Below are positions 42,205-58,118 of a stretch of DNA of 64,000 nucleotides, piece by piece (positions within the stretch are counted from its first letter, which is position 1; each line of letters starts with the position of its first letter). The DNA is from Eledone cirrhosa. Lineage: Eukaryota. The notes below the pieces were generated by a model, which was not told the DNA's origin, did no database searches, and was given only the letters and a program-made list of their open reading frames with translations. Location: contig OZ024743.1 in NCBI GenBank assembly GCA_964016885.1, forward strand, positions 51,522,001 through 51,586,000. Direction: 5' to 3'. A program made the position numbers and the translations under genes.

Positions 42205-42487
42205 ATTTAGGAGCAGTTTAGGTATGATACATTTTATTACTAATTATATCCAAATGTTTCTTCTCTCTTCATAATGTATTTTTAACTCTGATACTGGTTC
42301 AGTCTAGTTCAACTGAATTGGTCTGCCCCAGTCATTCATTGAGCAACATCGGTGAAGTTGGCACCCTTAACTCACAGTTGGGTGCGGATGCATTAATGTA
42401 TATATGTGTGTGTCCGCATGTATCTGTGTGTTTCTAAATATATTGTTATATATATATATATATATATAATATATATATATAATATAT

Positions 42488-42751
<264 letters not shown>

Positions 42752-42769
42752 TATAATATATATATATAT

Positions 42770-42802
<33 letters not shown>

Positions 42803-42827
42803 ATATATATATAATATATATATATAT

Positions 42828-42860
<33 letters not shown>

Positions 42861-42974
42861 ATATATATATAATATATATATATATAATATATATATAATA
42901 TATATATATAATATATATATAATATATATATTATATATATATATATATAATATATATATAATATATATATATAT

Positions 42975-43018
<44 letters not shown>

Positions 43019-43139
43019 ATATATATATATAATATATATATAATATATATATATATAATATATATATAATATATATATATATATAATATATATATATATA
43101 TAATATATATAATATATATATAATATATATAATATATAT

Positions 43140-43249
<110 letters not shown>

Positions 43250-43444
43250 TATAATATATATATAATATATATATAATATATATATATAATATATATATAT
43301 AATATATATATATAATATATATATATAATATATATATATAATATATATATATAATATATATATATAATATATATATATAATATATATATATAATATATAT
43401 ATATAATATATATATATAATATATATATATAATATATATATAAT

Positions 43445-43569
<125 letters not shown>

Positions 43570-43754
43570 TATATAATATATATAATATATATATAATATA
43601 TATATAATATATATATATAATATATAATATATATATATAATATATATATAATATATATATAATATAAATATATATATAATATATATATATAATATATATA
43701 TAATATATATATAATATATATATATAATATATATAATATATATATAATATAAAT

Positions 43755-43910
43755 GCCATGCTTTGATGTATAGAGTTACGGCCCTTGCCATTCTGAATTC
43801 AAATCCCGCCGAGGTTAACTTTGCCTTTCATCCTTACGGGGTCGATAGAATAAAGTACCAGTAATGCTCTGGGTAATTGCTGGCCTTGTGCCAAAAGTAG
43901 AAACAATTAT
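43755..43910 (+). mobile_element. 5'-truncated Nin/Deu-domain SINE
   Basis: Matches 28063-28215. Confidence 0.85.
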
Positions 43911-43960
43911 ATATATATATATTATATATAATATATATATAATATATATATATATAATAT

Positions 43961-44009
<49 letters not shown>

Positions 44010-44019
44010 TATATATAAT

Positions 44020-44050
<31 letters not shown>

Positions 44051-44079
44051 CATATAATATATATATATATATATATATC

Positions 44080-44138
<59 letters not shown>

Positions 44139-44148
44139 TATATATATC

Positions 44149-44189
<41 letters not shown>

Positions 44190-44221
44190 TAGATATAATA
44201 TATATAATATATATAGATATA

Positions 44222-44253
<32 letters not shown>

Positions 44254-44261
44254 TATATAAT

Positions 44262-44295
<34 letters not shown>

Positions 44296-44297
44296 AT

Positions 44298-44331
<34 letters not shown>

Positions 44332-44333
44332 AT

Positions 44334-44367
<34 letters not shown>

Positions 44368-44371
44368 ATAT

Positions 44372-44441
<70 letters not shown>

Positions 44442-44453
44442 ATATATATATAT

Positions 44454-44511
<58 letters not shown>

Positions 44512-44596
44512 ATATATATATATATATATTATATATATATATATAATATATATATATATTATATATATATATATAATATATATATATATATATTAT

Positions 44597-44652
<56 letters not shown>

Positions 44653-44767
44653 TATATATAATATATATATATATATATTATATATATATATATAATATAT
44701 ATATATATAATATATATATATAATATATATATATAATATATAATATATATATATATATATAATATAT

Positions 44768-44816
<49 letters not shown>

Positions 44817-44947
44817 TATATATATAATATATATATATATATAATATATATATATATATAATATATATATATATATAATATATATATAATATATATATAT
44901 AATATATATATATATAATATATATATATATAATATATATAATATATA

Positions 44948-44979
<32 letters not shown>

Positions 44980-45280
44980 ATATATATATATATACATATA
45001 TATTATATATATATATATAATATATATATATTATATATATATATATATAATATATATATATATAATATATATATATATAATATATATATATATAATATAT
45101 ATATATATAATATATATAATATATATATATATATAATATATATATATATAATATATATAATATATAATATATATATATATAATATATATATATTATATAT
45201 ATATATAATATATATATATATAATATATATATATTATATATATATATATATTATATATATAATATATATATATATAATAT

Positions 45281-45314
<34 letters not shown>

Positions 45315-45453
45315 ATATATATATATATAATATATATATATATAATATATATATATATAATATATATATATATAATATATATATATATAATATATATATA
45401 TATAATATATATATATATAATATATATATATATAATATATATATATATAATAT

Positions 45454-45496
<43 letters not shown>

Positions 45497-45668
45497 TATA
45501 TATATAATATATATATATATATAATATATATATATATATAATATATATATATATATATAATATATATATATATATAATATATATATATATATAATATATA
45601 TATATATATATAATATATATATATATATATAATATATATATATATTATATATATATATATTATATATA

Positions 45669-45893
<225 letters not shown>

Positions 45894-45900
45894 ATATATT

Positions 45901-45977
<77 letters not shown>

Positions 45978-45997
45978 ATATATATATAATATATATT

Positions 45998-46073
<76 letters not shown>

Positions 46074-46074
46074 T

Positions 46075-46117
<43 letters not shown>

Positions 46118-46118
46118 T

Positions 46119-46317
<199 letters not shown>

Positions 46318-46446
46318 AATATATATATATATATATTATATATATATTATATATATATATATATATTATATATATATAATATATATATATATATATTATA
46401 TATATATAATATATATATATATATATAATATATATATATATAATAT

Positions 46447-46540
<94 letters not shown>

Positions 46541-46541
46541 T

Positions 46542-46663
<122 letters not shown>

Positions 46664-46682
46664 ATATATATATATATATATT

Positions 46683-46881
<199 letters not shown>

Positions 46882-46946
46882 AATATATATATATATATAA
46901 TATATATATATAATATATATATATATAATATATATATATAATATAT

Positions 46947-46978
<32 letters not shown>

Positions 46979-46984
46979 ATATAT

Positions 46985-47866
46985 GGGTGGAAAAAGTTCA
47001 GAGAGCTCATACCACTATTAGCCGCTAAAGGGTTCTCCCTAAAAACGAAAGGCAGGTTGTATGATGCCTGCATACGAACAGCAATGTTGCATGGCAGTGA
47101 GACCTGGGCATTGTGTGCAGAGGATATACGCAGACTAGAGAGGAACGAAGCTTGCATGCTCCGCTGGATGTGTAATAGTAATATACGTGAACGGCAAAGC
47201 ATAAACGAACTAAAGAAAAAATTAGAAATAAGAGGGATCAGATGTTGTTTACTCGAGAGAAGGCTACGTTGGTATGGTCACGTGATGCGCATGAAAGTCG
47301 ATAGCTGTATAACAAAGTGCAGGGCAATAAAGATAGACTGTAGCCACGGAATAGGCAGACCTAGAAAAACCTGGGACGAGCTGATAAACTCCGACCTCAC
47401 ACACTTACACCTCTCCAAGACAATGTCACTGGACAGAGACCTTTGGCGGTACTTAGTAATAGAGAAGACCCGCCTTACCTAAATACATAGTAAAACCTAC
47501 TACAGTCAGTAGGCATCTCTAACAAATACACCCCCGTCCCACCACTACCACCCCATCCACACCGCCCCCTTCTATGTAAAGTTATGTTGGTGCCACACCA
47601 TCCAGGCCGAAACAAATGAGATCGTGTAGGTGTCACGACAAAAAAACACACAGTCCACGCTGTAATGTGGCCATGTAGGCAACACGGTAAAAACCTCCCA
47701 GACCCACACTGTAAATGTGGTTGGTGTTAGGAAGGGCATCCAACTGTCGAAAACCTGCCAGACAGTCCTATGCGAGCAAGACAATCACTCTTGCCTCAAG
47801 TGGGAAAACCCCCGTCCAAACCCATGCAAGCGTGGAACACGGACATTAAACGTTGATGATGATGAT
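46985..47866 (+). mobile_element. 5'-truncated RTE-B with 3' UTR
   Basis: GWKKFREL...RLRWYGHVMRM...GRPRKTW, followed by a C-rich tract, the module and a (GAT)n tail. Confidence 0.9.
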
Positions 47867-47911
47867 ATATATATTTAGATATATATAATATATATATAAT
47901 ATATATATATT

Positions 47912-47981
<70 letters not shown>

Positions 47982-48230
47982 ATATATTTATATATAATAT
48001 ATTTATATATAATATATTTATATATAATATATTTATATATAATATATTTATATATAATATATTTATATATAATATATTTATATATAATATATTTATATAT
48101 AATATATTTATATATAATATATTTATATATAATATATTTATATATAATATATTTATATATAATATATTTATATATAATATATTTATATATTATATATAAT
48201 TATATATAATATTTATATATGATATATATA
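47867..48230. repeat. (TA)-rich tract with a ~13 x 15-bp unit ATTTATATATAATAT
   Basis: Perfect 15-bp periodicity at about 47986-48190. Confidence 0.85.
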
Positions 48231-49297
48231 CAGGATGCGTACGATATTTGTTCGCAAGATTACTGTTTAGGAAAAAGTAACAGTAGTTTTACTTTTTAAG
48301 ATATATTTATCAAACTTGGGTAAGTTTGTCTTGCTCTTTTGATCTCACTCGATAAACCCGCTATTGACTTTGATGACGGCTTCAAGGCGACCTCGGAACC
48401 GGCCACAGGCCTTCGTCACTGTCCCCCGACTTAGGCCCCTAAAGGCACTTGTGATCCTGGCCTTCAGATCGTCTTTCGTATTGCAGCTAGATCTGTTGGT
48501 GTCTCGTTCCACTGCGCCCCACACAAAGAAGTCAAAGGGGTTGCAGTCAGGCAAGCTGGGAGGCCAGATGTCAGGTGAAGTGTGGTCGACGAAGTTCTCT
48601 GACAGCCAGGTTTGGGTCTTTCGGCTGGTATGGCAGGACGGTGAGTCTTGCTGCCACACGTACGGCCTACTTGCAGCTACCTGGTCGATCCAGGGCTTTA
48701 CTATCTCACTCAGAACACGGATGTAGCCATTGGTGTTCAGCTTGAGGCTTCTTTGCGTGCTTCAGTCGCTTTTCTTGCATCGCCTTTGACAGAAATTGTC
48801 CTTTCCTCATCTTGTATGAAACGTGGCGAATGTCTTCATGTACCACCAGCCTAATGACCTTTTTATCCACGCCTTTCTCCCTTGCAATGGCACGCATCGA
48901 CTTCCTAGGTTCATTGTTGATGATATCCTGAACTTCAGCGACGAACTTGGGCGTTCTGAAGGCGTCAGATCGTCGATCATGTGTTTTCCTCTTTGATGTT
49001 GGTTCGTAGTCAAATCCTGAATCTTCCAATTCCTTTCTGACCTTTTCCACCATTCTCCTGCTGACGCTGAGAAAGTCTGAAATTTCTTTATTTGTCCTCC
49101 CGGTGCGGATTCCAAGAAGAACTCCGTGTCTCTTCCACAAATTTGGAGGTTCAAAATTATTCATAATCAATTATTCTGAAAATAAATAATGGAAATATAG
49201 TCACTGTTTTTATGAAGACAAGAGTGACAACGGAAGTAAAAAAAATTTCCATAAGATTAGCAGTTGAAAATTGCGAACAAATATTGTCCACACCCTG
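48231..49297 (-). mobile_element. Second DD37D (maT) transposon copy with a 230-bp internal deletion
   Basis: Same TIRs as 10273-11574. Lacks the segment equivalent to 10797-11026, which includes FSDEK. N-terminal frame is intact. Confidence 0.93.
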
Positions 49298-49350
49298 TGT
49301 GTGTGTATATGTATATATATATATATATATACACACACACATATATACAC

Positions 49351-49680
49351 TGGAGACATATGGTTTAGTGGTTAGAGCATTGGCCTTGCAATCGAAAGGT
49401 TGTGAGTTCAATTCTCAGACCAGGTGATGTGTTGTTTCCTTGAGCAAGACACTTTATTTCACATTGCTCCAGTTTACTCAGCTGTAGAAATGAGATGATA
49501 GGGACTGGGGTCCCTGTCATTCCACTGCAAAGTGGACGTGCAGGTGCCACGACAAAAAAGCACCCAGCACTCACTGTAAATGAGGTTGGTGTTAGGAAGG
49601 GCATCCAGGTGTAGAAATCAAGCCAGAATCAGTTCCCATCCCACCCTTGCAAGCAGGGAAAAGTGGACGTAAAATGATGA
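49351..49680 (+). mobile_element. Composite SINE: tRNA head + CORE-like domain + RTE-derived body and tail
   Basis: TGGTTTAGTGGTTAGAG A-box, GAGTTCAATTC B-box, CCTTGAGCAAGACACTT core, GGAAGGGCATCC module and an RTE-A-type tail. Confidence 0.85.
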
Positions 49681-50050
49681 TATGATACACAGTGAAGGTG
49701 CATGGCTTAGTAGTTAGATTATTGGTCTTGCAATTGAGAGGTTGTGTGCTTGGTTCTTGATCCCGGTATGCATGGGCGACTGTTGGTCTTCTACAAAAAA
49801 CAACTTTGCTCAAACTTGTTTCTCAAAGGCGAATTTTCTAGGTGCAAATCCCATGGTCATTTGTGACTGAAGGGAGTCTTTGCCCATTATATATATATGT
49901 AAATGACAAATACTGCTTCTCTGATGATTCTTCTTATTATTTAATGTTTACAAAATTTTGCAAACATTTGATCAGTAAAGAATTAAAATCAAAAGTCATT
50001 CTGGTCATTTTTCAAATATATTTCACTGTACCAAGAATATCTTTTATTTT

Positions 50051-50095
<45 letters not shown>

Positions 50096-50132
50096 ACACT
50101 ATTATAGTTATTAATTTTATCCAATTTTTCAG

Positions 50133-50373
50133 AACAACTTGAACTTCTGACATTCAGCCTTGGAACCAACACCCCAACAGTTCGTCATGTTCGAGTGTTT
50201 GAATATGCAGAAGGAGTCCCAAGAGGTTCGAAGACTCTAGCTTGGCTGGACATCACAAAACCACCACCTGGTCTAGAGAGCAAATCCTCTTTCAAAGTGG
50301 TGGTGGAGGTGGATGTAGACATGATCAGTGAAGACTTCAGAATGGTCTTTAAAGTGGGACTGGGTTCCAAAAA
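50133..50373 (+). CDS. Host gene exon B: SMP domain
   Basis: Acceptor tttttcag, donor GTTAGT. Reads QLELLTFSLGTNTPTVRHVRVFEY...VVEVDVDMISEDFRMVFKVGLGSK, with the SMP-type 'F.LG..P.v..vrv' motif. Confidence 0.85.
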
Positions 50374-50853
50374 GTTAGTGGAAATATTTCTCTCTCTCCC
50401 TCTCTTCCTCTCTCTATCCAACACTCTCTATATATCTTCCTTGATGCCATTCTCTCTCTTGCTCTCTACAGACACTCTTTTTCTCTCTTTTTGTCTAACT
50501 CTCCCTATCTAATTTTACCTCTCACAAACCCTCACTCTCTCTAATGCTCTCCACCCCTCTATTTGTTTTGCTTGCTGTCATTCTCAAACTCTCCCCCCCC
50601 CCCCCTATCTCAAGTGCCTTGTAGACACTCCAAAAGTTATTTTATTTTATTAAATCTGCAATCTTGTATTAAGATAATAGCCACAACCTATGACCCAGAC
50701 ATTGAAACAATTCCATTTAAGGTTCAAAGTAAAAAATCTCATTGAGTAAGAAAAAAGTTAGCTAAATTCATGTTTTCTTATATGTAATTTTGTTTATAAT
50801 AAATTATGTCCAATCTTTGCTGGCAGAGAAAATGGATATTTAATGATATTGAA

Positions 50854-53800
50854 CCCTTTAGCATTTAAACCGGCCATATCCAACCAGAGTTCTCTCACCT
50901 CTTTCTGTTCAACCCAGGCATAACTGTCCACTCATATCAACATTAAAGTATTGTTCTCAAAACAAATAATATCAAAATCTCTGATTCGATATTATGCGAG
51001 ATAATTATGTGAGGTAAAACCGCAAAACTACAATAGTAAATATAGAGAATTGTAAATATGGAGTATTATAAATATGGAGTATTGTAAATATGGAGTATTG
51101 TAAATATAGAGTATTGTAAATATAGTGTATTGTATATATAGAGTATTGTAAATATAGTGTATTGTAAATATGGAGTATTGTAAATATAGAGTATTGTAAA
51201 TATAGAGTATTGTAAATATAGTGTATTGTAAATATAGAGTATTGTAAATATAGTGTATTGTAAATATAGTGTATTGTAAATATAGAGTATTGTAAATATA
51301 GAGTATTGTAAATATAGAGTATTGTAAATATAGAGTATTGTAAATATAGAGTATTGTAAATATAGAGTATTGTAAATATAGAGTATTGTAAATATAGAGT
51401 ATTGTAAATATAGAGTATTGTAAATATAGTGTATTGTAAATATAGAGTAATGTAAATATAGTGTATTGTAAATATAGAGTAATGTAAATATAGTGTATTG
51501 TAAATATAGTGTATTGTAAATATAGAGTAATGTAAATATAGAGTAATGTAAATATAGAGTAATGTAAATATAGAGTATTGTAAATATAGTGTATTGTAAA
51601 TATAGTGTATTGTAAATATAGAGTAATGTAAATATAGTGTATTGTAAATATAGAGTAATGTAAATATAGTGTAATGTAAATATAGAGTATTGTAAATATA
51701 GTGTATTGTAAATATAGTGTATTGTAAATATAGAGTATTGTAAATATAGTGTATTGTAAATATAGTGTAATGTAAATATAGAGTATTGTAAATATAGTGT
51801 ATTGTAAATATAGTGTATTGTAAATAAAGAGTAATGTAAATATAGTGTATTGTAAATATAGAGTATTGTAAATATAGAGTATTGTAAATATAGAGTATTG
51901 TAAATATAGAGTATTGTAAATATAGAGTATTGTAAATATAGAGTATTGTAAATATAGAGTATTGTAAATATAGAGTATTGTAAATATAGAGTATTGTAAA
52001 TATAGAGTATTGTAAATATAGTGTAATGTAAATATAGAGTATTGTAAATTTAGTGTATTGTAAATATAGTGTATTGTAAATATAGTGTATTGTAAATATA
52101 GAGTAATGTAAATATAGAGTAATGTAAATATAGAGTAATGTAAATATAGAGTATTGTAAATATAGTGTATTGTAAATAGAGAGTAATGTAAATATAGAGT
52201 ATTGTAAATATAGAGTATTGTAAATATAGAGTATTGTAAATATAGAGTATTGTAAATATAGAGTATTGTAAATATAGAGTATTGTAAATATAGAGTATTG
52301 TAAATATAGTGTATTGTAAATATAGTGTATTGTAAATATAGAGTAATGTAAATATAGTGTAATGTAAATATAGTATAATGTAAATATAGAGTATTGTAAA
52401 TATAGAGTATTGTAAATATAGAGTATTGTAAATATAGAGTATTGTAAATATAGAGTATTGTAAATATAGAGTATTGTAAATATAGAGTATTGTAAATATA
52501 GAGTATTGTAAATATAGAGTATTGTAAATATAGAGTATTGTAAATATAGTGTATTGTAAATATAGTGTATTGTAAATATAGAGTAATGTAAATATAGTGT
52601 ATTGTAAATATAGAGTATTGTAAATATAGAGTATTGTAAATATAGAGTATTGTAAATATAGAGTATTGTAAATATAGAGTATTGTAAATATAGAGTATTG
52701 TAAATATAGAGTATTGTAAATATAGAGTATTGTAAATAAAGAGTATTGTAAATATAGAGTATTGTAAATATAGAGTATTGTAAATATAGAGTATTGTAAA
52801 TATAGAGTATTGTAAATATAGAGTATTGTAAATATAGAGTATTGTAAATATAGAGTATTGTAAATATAGAGTATTGTAAATATAGAGTATTGTAAATATA
52901 GAGTATTGTAAATATAGAGTATTGTAAATATAGAGTATTGTAAATATAGAGTATTGTAAATATAGAGTATTGTAAATATAGAGTATTGTAAATATAGAGT
53001 ATTGTAAATATAGAGTATTGTAAATATAGTGTATTGTAACTATAGAGTATTGTAAATATAACGTATTGTAAATATAGAGTATTGTAAATATAGCGTATTG
53101 TAAATATAGAGTATTGTAAATATAGAGTATTGTAAATATAGAGTATTGTAAATATAGAGTATTGTAAATATAGAGTATTGTAAATATAGAGTATTGTAAA
53201 TATAGTGTAATGTAAATATAGAGTATTGTAAATATAGTGTATCGTAAATATAGTGTATCGTAAATATAGAGTAATGTAAATATAGAGTAATGTAAATATA
53301 GAGTAATGTAAATATAGAGTATTGTAAATATAGAGTATTGTAAATATAGTGTATTGTAAATAGAGTGTATTGTAAATATAGAGTAATGTAAATATAGAGT
53401 AATGTAAATATAGAGTAATGTAAATATAGAGTAATGTAAATATAGAGTATTGTAAATATAGTGTATTGTAAATATAGAGTAATGTAAATATAGAGTAATG
53501 TAAATATAGAGTATTGTAAATATAGTGTATTGTAAATACAGAGCAATGTAAATATAGTGTAATGTAAATATAGAGTAATGTAAATATAGAGTAATGTAAA
53601 TATAGAGTAATGTAAATATAGAGTAATGTAAATATAGAGTAATGTAAATATAGAGTAATGTAAATATAGAGTAATGTAAATATAGAGTAATGTAAATATA
53701 GAGTATTGTAAATATAGAGTATTGTAAATATAGTGTAATGTAAATATAGAGTATTGTAAATATAGAGTAATGTAAATATAGTGTATTGTAAATATAGTGT

Positions 53801-56800
53801 AATGTAAATATAGAGTATTGTAAATATAGAGTATTGTAAATATAGAGTATTGTAAATATAGAGTATTGTAAATATAGTGTATTGTAAATATAGAGTATTG
53901 TAAATATAGAGTATTGTAAATATAGAGTATTGTAAATATAGAGTATTGTAAATATAGAGTATTGTAAATATAGAGTATTGTAAATATAGAGTATTGTAAA
54001 TATAGAGTATTGTAAATATAGAGTATTGTAAATATAGAGTATTGTAAATATAGAGTATTGTAAATATAGAGTATTGTAAATATAGAGTATTGTAAATATA
54101 GTGTATTGTAAATATAGTGTATTGTAAATATAGAGTAATGTAAATATAGTGTAATGTAAATATAGTGTAATGTAAATATAGTATAATGTAAATATAGAGT
54201 ATTGTAAATATAGTGTATTGTAAATATAGCGTAATGTAAATATAGTGTATTGTAAATATAGAGTATTGTAAATATAGAGTATTGTAAATATAGAGTATTG
54301 TAAATATAGAGTATTGTAAATATAGAGTATTGTAAATATAGAGTATTGTAAATATAGAGTATTGTAAATATAGTGTATCGTAAATACAGAGTAATGTAAA
54401 TATAGAGTAATGTAAATATAGAGTAATGTAAATATAGAGTAATGTAAATATAGAGTAATGTAAATATAGAGTAATGTAAATATAGAGTAATGTAAATATA
54501 GAGTAATGTAAATATAGAGTAATGTAAATATAGAGTAATGTAAATATAGAGTAATGTAAATATAGAGTAATGTAAATATAGAGTAATGTAAATATAGAGT
54601 AATGTAAATATAGAGTAATGTAAATATAGAGTAATGTAAATATAGAGTGATGTATATATAGAGTGATGTATATATAGAGTAATGTAAATATAGAGTAATG
54701 TAAATATAGAGTAATGTAAATATAGAGTAATGTAAATATAGAGTAATGTAAATATAGAGTAATGTAAATATAGAGTAATGTAAATATAGAGTAATGTAAA
54801 TATAGAGTAATGTAAATATAGAGTAATGTAAATATAGTGTATTGTAAATATAGAGTATTGTAAATATAGAGTATTGTAAATATAGTGTATTGTAAATATA
54901 GTGTATTGTAAATATAGTGTATTGTAAATATAGTGTATTGTAAATATAGTGTATTGTAAATATAGTGTATTGTAAATATAGTGTATTGTAAATATAGTGT
55001 ATTGTAAATATAGAGTAATGTAAATATAGAGTAATGTAAATATAGAGTATTTTAAATATAGTGTAATGTAAATATAGAGTATTTTAAATATAGTGTATTT
55101 TAAATATAGTGTATTGTAAATATAGTGTATTGTAAATATAGTGTATTGTGAATATAGTGTATTGTAAATATAGAGTATTGTAAATATAGTGTAATGTAAA
55201 CATAGAGTATTGTAAATATAGTGTATTGTAAATATAGTGTATTGTAAATATAGTGTATTGTAAATATAGAGTAATGTAAATATAGAGTAATGTAAATATA
55301 GAGTAATGTAAATATAGAGTAATGTAAATATAGAGTAATGTAAATATAGAGTAATGTAAATATAGAGTATTGTAAATATAGAGTATTGTAAATATAGAGT
55401 AATGTAAATATAGAGTATTGTAAATATAGAGTATTGTAAATATAGAGTATTGTAAATATAGTGTATTGTAAATATAGAGTATTGTAAATATACAGTATTG
55501 TAAATATACAGTATTGTAAATATAGAGTATTGTAAATATAGAGCATTGAAAATATAGAGTAATGTAAATATAGAGTATTGTAAATATAGTGTATTGTAAA
55601 TATAGAGTATTGTAAATATAGTGTATTGTAAATATAGAGTAATGTAAATATAGAGTAATGTAAATATAGAGTATTGTAAATATAGTGTATTGTAAATATA
55701 GAGTAATGTAAATATAGAGTATTGTAAATATAGTGTATTGTAAATATAGAGTAATGTAAATATAGAGTAATGTAAATATAGAGTAATGTAAATATAGAGT
55801 AATGTAAATATAGAGTAATGTAAATATAGAGTATTGTAAATATAGAGTATTGTAAATATAGAGTATTGTAAATATAGAGTATTGTAAATATAGTGTAATG
55901 TAAATATAGAGTATTGTAAATATAGTGTATTGTAAATATAGTGTATTATAAATATAGAGTATTGTAAATATAGTGTATTGTAAATATAGTGTATTGTAAA
56001 TATAGTGTATTGTAAATATAGTGTATTGTAAATATAGAGTAATGTAAATATAGAGTAATGTAAATATAGAGTATTGTAAATATAGAGTATTGTAAATATA
56101 GAGTATTGTAAATATAGAGTATTGTAAATATAGAGTATTGTAAATATAGTGTAATGTAAATATAGAGTATTGTAAATATAGAGTATTGTAAATATAGAGT
56201 ATTGTAAATATAGTGTTATGTAAATATAGAGTATTGTAAATATAGAGTATTGTAAATATAGTGTAATGTAAATATAGAGTATTGTAAATATAGTGTAATG
56301 TAAATATAGAGTAATGTAAATATAGTGTAATGTAAATATAGTGTAATGTAAATATAGAGTATTGTAAATATAGAGTATTGTAAATATAGAGTATTGTAAA
56401 TATAGAGTATTGTAAATATAGAGTATTGTAAATATAGAGTATTGTAAATATAGAGTATTGTAAATATAGGGTATTGTAAATATAGAGTATTGTAAATATA
56501 GAGTATTGTAAATATAGAGTATTGTAAATATAGTGTATTGTGAATATAGTGTATTGTAAATATAGAGTAATGTAAATATAGTGTAATGTAAATATAGAGT
56601 ATTGTAAATATAGTGTATTGTAAATATAGAGTAATGTAAATATAGTGTATTGTAAATATAGTGTATTGTAAATATAGAGTATTGTAAATATAGAGTATTG
56701 TAAATATAGAGTATTGTAAATATAGAGTATTGTAAATATAGAGTATTGTAAATATAGAGTATTGTAAATATAGAGTATTGTAAATATTGAGTATTGTAAA

Positions 56801-57863
56801 TATTGAGTATTGTAAATATTGAGTATTGTAAATATTGAGTATTGTAATATAGAGTATTGTAAATATAGAGTATTGTAAATATAGAGTATTGTAAATATAG
56901 AGTATTGTAAATACAGAGTATTGTAAATATAGAGTATTGTAAATATAGAGTATTGAAAATATAGAGTATTGAAAATATAGAGTATTGTAAATATAGTGTA
57001 TTGTAAATATAGAGTAATGTAAATATAGTGTAATGTAAATATAGAGTATTGTAAATATAGTGTATTGTAAATATAGAGTAACGTAAATATAGTGTATTGT
57101 AAATATAGAGTATTTTAAATATAGAGTATTGTAAATATAGAGTATTGTAAATATAGAGTATTGTAAATATAGAGTATTGTAAATATAGAGTATTGTAAAT
57201 ATAGAGTATTGTAAATATAGAGTATTGTAAATATAGAGTATTGTAAATATAGAGTATTGTAAATATAGAGTATTGTAAATATAGAGTATTGTAAATATAG
57301 AGTATTGTAAATAGAGTATTGTAAATATAGAGTATTGTAAATATAGAGTATTGTAAATATAGTGTATTGTAAATAAAGTGTATTGTAAATATAGCGTATT
57401 GTAAATATAGCGTATTGTAAATATAGCGTATTGTAAATATAGAGTATTGTAAATATAGAGTAATGTAAATATAGAGTAATGTAAATATAGAGTAATGTAA
57501 ATATAGAGTAATGTAAATATAGAGTAATGTAAATATAGAGTAATGTAAATATAGAGTAATGTAAATATAGAGTAATGTAAATATAGAGTAATGTAAATAT
57601 AGAGTAATGTAAATATAGTGTATTGTAAATATAGAGTATTGTAAATATAAAGTATTGTAAATATAGAGTATTGTAAATATAGAGTATTGTAAATATAGAG
57701 TATTGTAAATATAGTGTATTGTAAATATAGTGTATTGTAAATATAGTGTATTATAAATATAGAGTATTGTAAATATAGTGTAATGTAAATATAGAGTATT
57801 GTAAATATAGAGTATTGTAAATATAGAGTAATGTAAATATAGAGTATTGTAAATGCTATAGGG
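50854..57863 (+). mobile_element. piggyBac-like MITE inflated by an internal satellite
   Basis: TIRs CCCTTTAGCATTTA / TAAATGCTATAGGG, flanked by TGAA / TTAA. Confidence 0.75.
51036..57854. repeat. 17-bp tandem satellite, about 400 copies
   Basis: Unit GTAAATATAG(A/T)GTA(T/A)T; 6.8 kb / 17 bp. Confidence 0.97.
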
Positions 57864-57995
57864 TTAATGATGGTGACATGTAACTCTGATAGTCTTAATT
57901 ATTATTTCTTTAGTTAAAAATGTTTCTTCAAATCAAAGATGTTCCCAACCTCTGCTAAGATATTCTTTCTTTGTTCTCTGACCTGTTGTATGTAG

Positions 57996-58118
57996 CATTG
58001 GTTTCAATGTAGCGATTGAAGAACTCACTGTACGTGGAACACTCCAGATCAACCTAGATATGTCGATGGATTCAGCATTTCCTCATTTCTCTAAAGCCTC
58101 ACTCTATTTTACTGAGAC
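57996..58118 (+). CDS. Host gene exon C: SMP domain
   Basis: Acceptor tgtag, donor GTATGT, phase 2/2. Reads IGFNVAIEELTVRGTLQINLDMSMDSAFPHFSKASLYFTE. Confidence 0.85.

Larger units (their letters stand above)
41749..42446. mobile_element. ORF-less head-to-head inverted element with two hammerheads (Penelope/retrozyme-like), copy 1
   Basis: 199-bp arms 41749-41947 / 42081-42279 (about 4 mismatches), 133-bp spacer and a unique ~165-bp right tail. Embedded in (TA)n. Confidence 0.8.

Noticed and set aside
49351-49425. tRNA gene-like sequence (also 28026, 7932, 59485)
   Set aside because: A and B boxes are present but there is no complete cloverleaf, and each continues into a SINE body.
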